Below, piece by piece: positions 58,886-64,000 of a stretch of DNA of 64,000 nt. Location of the stretch: positions 608,001 through 672,000 of the forward strand of contig OZ219866.1 of the NCBI GenBank assembly GCA_964291675.2. The letters are read 5' to 3'. Each line of letters opens with the position of its first letter. Position 1 is the first letter of the stretch. The stretch is from Alphaproteobacteria bacterium. Its GTDB lineage: Bacteria; Pseudomonadota; Alphaproteobacteria; MPNO01. The notes under the pieces were generated by a model. The model ran no database searches. It was not told the DNA's origin and saw only the letters and a list, made by a program, of their open reading frames with translations. A program made the translations under genes and the position numbers.

Positions 58886-59019
58886 GCTCGCCTCCTTGTT
58901 CGAACGGAACGCCCGACCCCTGCGGGAGACGGGTTTCCCAGTGTCGTTCCGGTTGCAGGGGCACGATCTTCCTGTGCCCCCGCGGGCGAGTCAACCGAGC
59001 CCCGGCGCGGGCGGCGGGT

Positions 59020-59099
59020 CGGCATGCGGCGTGCGCGTCAGGCCTGCCTGGTGTCGAGACCAGCTCGTCCGCGACCCTCTGCAGATCATCCGGCCGCAT
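59020..59099 (-). pseudogene. Possible 5' stub of a HEPN-like gene
   Basis: MRPDDLQRVADELVSTPGRP overlaps the upstream stop and resembles HEPN N-termini, then loses similarity. Confidence 0.35.
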
Positions 59100-59379
59100 C
59101 CTCCACCCCGTCCATCTCATCGCTGGATACATAGGAGATAAGGGGGAAGGCCTGTTCGCCGATCTGCGCGAGCCGGGGACGCATATGCCGCACCACACTG
59201 GTGGCCTTTCTTGCGTCGAACGGCTCCTCCGTGCCGTCGAATACGACCTTGACGCGCAGGATCTCATCGCCGTCCTTGTCGTAATCCGGGGCAACGGACA
59301 CGTCTCCGATCCGGGCAGCTCCGAAAATCTCTTTCAGGACCGCCTGGACAATCTCCTTCGCCGTCTGATTCTCCACCAT
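59086..59379 (-). CDS. Small hypothetical protein, minimal nucleotidyltransferase-like (antitoxin-like)
   Basis: 97 aa; DYDKDGDEILRVKVVF, L.QIGEQAFPLISYVS; atypical codon usage. Confidence 0.6.
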   Translation of the reverse strand: MVENQTAKEIVQAVLKEIFGAARIGDVSVAPDYDKDGDEILRVKVVFDGTEEPFDARKATSVVRHMRPRLAQIGEQAFPLISYVSSDEMDGVEDAAG

Positions 59380-59566
59380 GGCAACGATCCTTCGGACAGC
59401 GCGCCGTGCGTTGCATGCGGCCGGCCCATGCACCGTTTTGCTGCGGCCAACAACCAAACCATGGTGTTGGCGATCATCATCGTCAAGATACGTTTGCCGG
59501 GGCTCACCGGCACGTGATAAGGGGGCGCGATCGCAATCCGACCCACCGCCCCGACCCGGAGTTCCG

Positions 59567-60973
59567 ATGAGCGAGACCGCCGCCTTCATGCCGCTGACCG
59601 ACCTGGTGGCGGCCTTCGCAGCGAAGGACCTGTCCCCGGTCGATGCGGTGCGGGCCGCGTATGCACGCATCGACCGCCACGAGAGGGACCTCAACGCGTT
59701 CTGCCACCGGCTCGACGAGGGCGCGGCGCTCGCCGCGGCCGGCGAGGCGGAGCGGCGCTGGGCGCAAGGCGCGCCCGCCGGCCCGCTCGACGGCGTGCCG
59801 ATCACCGTGAAGGACGCGCTGCTGGCGACCGGCTGGGCGACGCTCCGGGGCTCGAAGCTCTCCGACCCCGATACCCCGGACACCGAGGACTCGCCCGCGG
59901 TCGCGCGCGCCCGCGAGGCCGGCGCCATCGTGATCGGCAAGACCACCATGCCGGAGTTCGGCTGGAAGGGGGTCACCGACTGCCCGCTGAGCGGGATTAC
60001 CCGCAACCCGTGGGACCTGGCGACGACGCCGGGCGGCTCCAGCGGCGGGTCGGCCGCGGCGCTGGCCGCGGGCATCGGCAACGCGGCGATCGGCACCGAC
60101 GCCGGCGGCTCGGTCCGCATACCGGGCAGCTTCTCCGGGCTGGTCGCGCTCAAGGCGACCTACGGGCGCATCGCCAACTACCCGCCGAGCGCGGCGGGCT
60201 CGCTCGGCCATATCGGCCCGATGACGCGCACGGTCGCGGATACCGCGCTGATGCTGAACGTCATGTCCCGGCCGGACGCGCGCGACCCGGCGAACCTGCC
60301 TTATGACGGGCGCGACTGGCGGGAGGGCATCGGGGACGGCATCGACGGGCTCCGCGTCGCCTTCTCCCCGACGCTGGGCTATGCCCGGGTCGATCCCGAG
60401 GTCGCGGCGCTCGCCGCCGACGCGGCCCGGGCGCTGGAGGATCTCGGCGCCCGGGTGGAGGAGGTGGAACGGCCGTTCGAGGATCCGAGCGCGTGCTTCC
60501 GGGTGCATTTCTTCTCCGGCATCTCGCACGCGCTCAGGAACGCCACGCCGGGGCAGCGCGCGCTCATCGACCCCGGCATCCTGCCGATCCTGGAGCAGGC
60601 GCGCGCGATCGGCCGCACCGAGTACATGGAGGCGGTCGATGCGCGCGTCGCCTTCTCGCGCGCGGCCCGGCTGTTCCTGGAGGCGTATGACGTGCTGGTC
60701 ACGCCGACCCTGGCGGTGCCGCCCTTCGCCGCGGGGGTGCTGTCGCCGGACGGCTACGACCGGGAGAACTGGATGGAGTGGTCGCCCTTCACCTACCCGT
60801 TCAACCTGACCGGCCAGCCGGCGATCTCGGTCCCCTGCGGCTTCACCGCGGGCGGCCTCCCGGTGGGCTTGCAGATCGCCGGCCAGTACCACGACGAGGC
60901 GACGGTGCTGCGCACCGCGAGGGCCTACGAGGCGGCGCATCCGACCGCCGGCCGCCGCCCGAAGCTGGCGTAG
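59567..60973 (+). CDS. Amidase signature family protein
   Basis: GVPITVKD, PGGSSGGSAA, GTDAGGSVRIP, FTYPFNLTGQPA. Confidence 0.93.
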   Translation: MSETAAFMPLTDLVAAFAAKDLSPVDAVRAAYARIDRHERDLNAFCHRLDEGAALAAAGEAERRWAQGAPAGPLDGVPITVKDALLATGWATLRGSKLSDPDTPDTEDSPAVARAREAGAIVIGKTTMPEFGWKGVTDCPLSGITRNPWDLATTPGGSSGGSAAALAAGIGNAAIGTDAGGSVRIPGSFSGLVALKATYGRIANYPPSAAGSLGHIGPMTRTVADTALMLNVMSRPDARDPANLPYDGRDWREGIGDGIDGLRVAFSPTLGYARVDPEVAALAADAARALEDLGARVEEVERPFEDPSACFRVHFFSGISHALRNATPGQRALIDPGILPILEQARAIGRTEYMEAVDARVAFSRAARLFLEAYDVLVTPTLAVPPFAAGVLSPDGYDRENWMEWSPFTYPFNLTGQPAISVPCGFTAGGLPVGLQIAGQYHDEATVLRTARAYEAAHPTAGRRPKLA

Positions 60974-61026
60974 GTTGCCGCCGCCCAAGCCGGCATGCCC
61001 GGCCCCCGGATCAAGTCCGGGGGCGA

Positions 61027-61360
61027 TCCGGTTTAGATCAGCTGGACCGGGCGCAAAGCCTTGTTCCGGGCGGGATATCGGCGCATCCGCCGGATCGGGA
61101 CACGGATCGCCGCACGCCCGCGCTTGCCGTCCCTGCCCCTCCGTTGTCACGCCGGCCTCGTTCCGGGCACCCACGGGCGGGGCGGTCCGCCCCCGGCTCC
61201 CGTACTCCGCCACCGCCACCACCACCCCGTCATGGCCGGACTTGATCCGGCCACCCATGCGCGGACTTGATCCGCGCAACCACTGGCGCCACCGGTACAA
61301 CGCCCGTCGGGAGGAGCGGCGGCGCCAGTGGATGCCCGGATCAAGTCCGGGCATGACGGG
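61027..61360 (+). repeat. Second, end-eroded copy of the element A body
   Basis: Near-identical to about 52595-52906 apart from the spacer between the Y palindromes; an A-like right end (ACCGGACAGCAG) recurs at 61772-61783. Confidence 0.8.
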
Positions 61361-61377
61361 GTGGGGGCGTATCGAAG

Positions 61378-61871
61378 GGGGCTTATCCAGATTACTTGAC
61401 GGAGCGGGGGCCGGGCGTCACGGGGGGCGGCGCGCCCGCCGGCGATCCCCGGCGTCGCGCCCGAACGTCGAAACGCTCGCCATGCCTCCCCACCTCGTCA
61501 TGCACCCCCGTCATGCACCCCCCTCGTCATGCCCGGACTTGATCCGGGCACCCATGCGGCCTCTCGGCGCGCACGGCGGGCCGTGGGGAGGCGTGGCGCC
61601 GGTGGGTGGCCGGATCAAGTCCGGCCATGGGTGCCCGGATCAAGTCCGGGCATGACGGGGGGTAAGTGGAGTCGGTGGAGCAACGGGGAAAAGGAGCGGG
61701 GGCCGGCCATGACGGGGTGGTGGCGGTGGAGGAGCAGGGAGAGCCGGGTGCGGCGCGCGTCGAAAGTCGAGACCGGACAGCAGAGGAACACGCCCGGACT
61801 TGATCCGGGGGCCGGGCATGACGGACGAAACGTCGCGGCCCCCCGCTCGTCAAGTATTCGGGATAAGCCCC
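61378..61871. mobile_element. MITE-like element B2 (IS1595/IS1016-like ends)
   Basis: 24-bp TIRs GGGGCTTATCCAGATTACTTGACG and GGGGCTTATCCCGAATACTTGACG (22/24); perfect 8-bp duplication TATCGAAG at 61370-77 and 61872-79. Confidence 0.82.
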
Positions 61872-61952
61872 TATCGAAGGACGGGTTGCCGGCACGGGCG
61901 CCGTGTCCTATCTGGCGTCGGACGGAACTTTGACAGTCTCGGGAGTACAGGC

Positions 61953-62774
61953 ATGCCGGACAGCGCCGCGAGCGACAGCGTGATCGCCGGGCTGAACTAT
62001 GTCGTCGACACCGGGGTGAAGCCGGTCAACCGAACCATGGAGGCGGGCAACATGGCCCGAATCCGCACCGGCACCTACGAGACGCGCGCCACCGCGATCC
62101 GCAACGGCCGGCCGCTGCGCGACGGCTTCTCGCTCGACCGGACCGGCTTCGTGTTCGTCGACCACCCGACGGAGACGGCAGATTTCTTCGACCCCGGCGA
62201 GCTCGCCGCGACCTACTACAAGGAGGTCGAGGCGCTGGTCGAGCGCCAGACCGGCGCCAGGCGGGTGCTGGTGTTCGACCACACGCTGCGCTCGGGCAGC
62301 GAGACGACGCGCGAGCAGCGCAAGCTGCGCGAGCCGGTCACCCAGGTGCACAACGACTACACCGAGCGGTCGGGTCCGCGGCGCGTGCGCGACCTGCTGC
62401 CGGACGAGGCCGACGCGCTGCTCGGGCGCCGCTTCGCCATCGTCCAGGTGTGGCGCGCGATCGCCAGGCCGATCGAGTCCCACCCGCTCGCCATCGCGGA
62501 TGCCGGCAGCCTGGCGCCGGAAAACCTCGTCGCCGCCGAGCGGCGCTATCCCGACCGGGTGGGCGAGACCTACCAGATTTCTTACGCCCCGGGGCAGCGC
62601 TGGTACTACTTCCCGCGCATGACCCGCGACGAGGCGCTGGTGTTCAAGGTCTACGATTCCGCGACCGACGGCCGCGCCCGGTTCACCGCGCACACCGCCT
62701 TCGACGACCCGGGCACGCCGGCCGGCGCGCCGGAGCGCGAGAGCATCGAGATGCGCACCATCGCGTTCTTCTAG
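61953..62774 (+). CDS. CmcJ/NvfI family oxidoreductase
   Basis: FSLDRTGF, VFDHTLR, VHNDYT, VWR, WYYFP.M..DEALVFK.YDS, HTAF, RESIEMR. Confidence 0.88.
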   Translation: MPDSAASDSVIAGLNYVVDTGVKPVNRTMEAGNMARIRTGTYETRATAIRNGRPLRDGFSLDRTGFVFVDHPTETADFFDPGELAATYYKEVEALVERQTGARRVLVFDHTLRSGSETTREQRKLREPVTQVHNDYTERSGPRRVRDLLPDEADALLGRRFAIVQVWRAIARPIESHPLAIADAGSLAPENLVAAERRYPDRVGETYQISYAPGQRWYYFPRMTRDEALVFKVYDSATDGRARFTAHTAFDDPGTPAGAPERESIEMRTIAFF

Positions 62775-62857
62775 CGAGACCGAAAGCCTGTCGCCCCGGC
62801 CGAAGCGCGGCCGAGAGCCGGGGCGACAGGACGTGTGTCGGGAAAGGCCGGGCGCCT

Positions 62858-63619
62858 TCACGCCGCCCCTTCGCCGCCTGCCGCGGTCGCGCCGGACCGG
62901 CCCGCCTCGTCGGCCGCGGTGAGCACCCGGGCGAGGGCGGCCCGCGTCTCCGGCGCACCCGGCTTCTTGCCGAGCTCGATATGCGACAGATATCCGGAGC
63001 TGATGCCGACAGCCTCGGCGAGCTGCGCCATCGTCATGCCGGCGCGCTTGCGCCGGGCCCTCAGCGGGCTGTCTTCCATCGGCCCGGCCGGTGCGGCCTC
63101 CGCCCCGGCGGTCCCGTCGCCGGGCCGTTCGCAAATGGCGAAGGGCCACTCGCGGGGCTCGACGACGACGGTGTATTGCGGCGCGGCGGGGGACGCGCCG
63201 ATCTTCAACATGGCCATCTCGACGGCGAAGCAGCTCCGCGGAAAGTCGTCGGACTCGTTGAGCTCGGCGAGGACCTCGCGGTGTTCCGCGTAGAACCGGG
63301 CGGCGAGCCAGACGACGGCGCGGGCCCTGAGCGCGCGGGCATAGGCCAGGACCTGGCCGAGATGCCGGTGGTCGGAGGTCCCGAGCTGGGCCTCGATCAC
63401 CACCTTGGCCCCGGTGTCGCGGTCGACGCACAGGAGGTCGGCGCGGAACTGCCCGACCGGGGTCTCGCGCGCCACCGGTTCGAGGTTGAGCCCGAGCGCC
63501 TCGCCGAAACGCCGCAGGTTCTCCGGCTTGGCGAGCCAGGGCAGGAATTCGCTCGCTTCGCTCTTCCATACGCTGGTGGTCGCGACGCGTTCGAGATGTC
63601 CGACTGGCGGTTGAACCAT
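62858..63619 (-). CDS. PD-(D/E)xK-like nuclease domain fused to a C-terminal XRE HTH
   Basis: VW.SEA.EF.PWL, ADLL..D..VIEAQL..SDH.HLGQ.L.YA; then LRARRKRAGMTMAQLAEAVGISSGYLSHIELG. Confidence 0.78.
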   Translation of the reverse strand: MVQPPVGHLERVATTSVWKSEASEFLPWLAKPENLRRFGEALGLNLEPVARETPVGQFRADLLCVDRDTGAKVVIEAQLGTSDHRHLGQVLAYARALRARAVVWLAARFYAEHREVLAELNESDDFPRSCFAVEMAMLKIGASPAAPQYTVVVEPREWPFAICERPGDGTAGAEAAPAGPMEDSPLRARRKRAGMTMAQLAEAVGISSGYLSHIELGKKPGAPETRAALARVLTAADEAGRSGATAAGGEGAA

Positions 63620-63655
63620 CGGGGGTACTCCGTTTGCGATGGGGGTGCGGGCACG

Positions 63656-63685
63656 AAAAAGGGGCGCCGGATTGCCCGGGGCCCC
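63656..63685 (-). terminator. Intrinsic terminator-like hairpin
   Basis: GGGGCCCCGG-GCAAT-CCGGCGCCCC-TTTTT on the minus strand. Confidence 0.55.
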
Positions 63686-63724
63686 ATTTCTCGACTGTGC
63701 GAAATATACCCCAAAACGGGTCCC

Positions 63725-64000
63725 TGTTTCGGCCGAGACCGACAATCCGGGCGGCGAGGTTCCTCCTTGGTTCTTGCCGTCCCCCTCCGCGGTCCATTCG
63801 AGGATCGTCCCGAGGTCGCCGTGCAGCGTGGCATGCACCTCGCCCCACTTCTCGCCCGGGATCAGCACGATGCGCTCGATCAATCCCCGGATCGCCGTCG
63901 CCGCCTCGTCCCGGTCCTCGGGGTGCTTCAGCGCGTCCGCTAGCCGCGCGACCTTGCGGCGGTAGATCTCTGCCACGTTGGGATGGATGTCCGGAAGGTC
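63725..64000 (-). CDS. C-terminal end of a large serine recombinase (5' part outside window)
   Basis: PDIHPNVAEIYRRKVARLADAL...AIRGLIERIVL.P...LHGDLGTIL...LSVS, typical of alphaproteobacterial recombinase tails; no stop codon before the next gene. Confidence 0.78.

Noticed and set aside
60975-61933. Repeat cluster as a CRISPR array or protein-coding region
   Set aside because: Irregular spacing, mixed orientation, non-unique spacers and no cas genes.
1-64000. tRNA, rRNA or riboswitch genes
   Set aside because: None recognised by eye; a covariance-model scan would be needed to exclude them.

Overview
High-GC alphaproteobacterial chromosome segment (Rhodospirillales-like; inferred from gene content, an alpha-type LexA box and the repeat families). 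A perfect parS site (1229-1244) and the mutM-ubiE-ubiB-coaBC-dut block suggest an origin-proximal location. Most of the window is catabolic: four TRAP systems, Rieske, LLM and flavin oxygenases, amidases, cupins, ring-cleavage dioxygenases and a C5-dicarboxylate-like acyl-CoA trio. Small accessory cassettes are dropped between or inside these operons. They are an intact vapBC pair, two orphan antitoxins with toxin stubs, an MT-A70 methyltransferase under an SOS box beside a broken BglII-like nuclease, an intact type II R-M pair, a membrane-protein plus GGCT-like pair, a zinc-ribbon fusion, a nuclease-HTH fusion at a serine-recombinase end, and two divergent 'small protein + retropepsin' modules. 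The main non-coding result is at 52.5-53.2 kb and 61.0-61.9 kb. There, two transposase-less elements, each with terminal inverted repeats and a target-site duplication, insert into two different palindromic repeat families and nest inside each other. All calls were made by eye from motifs; no searches were run.
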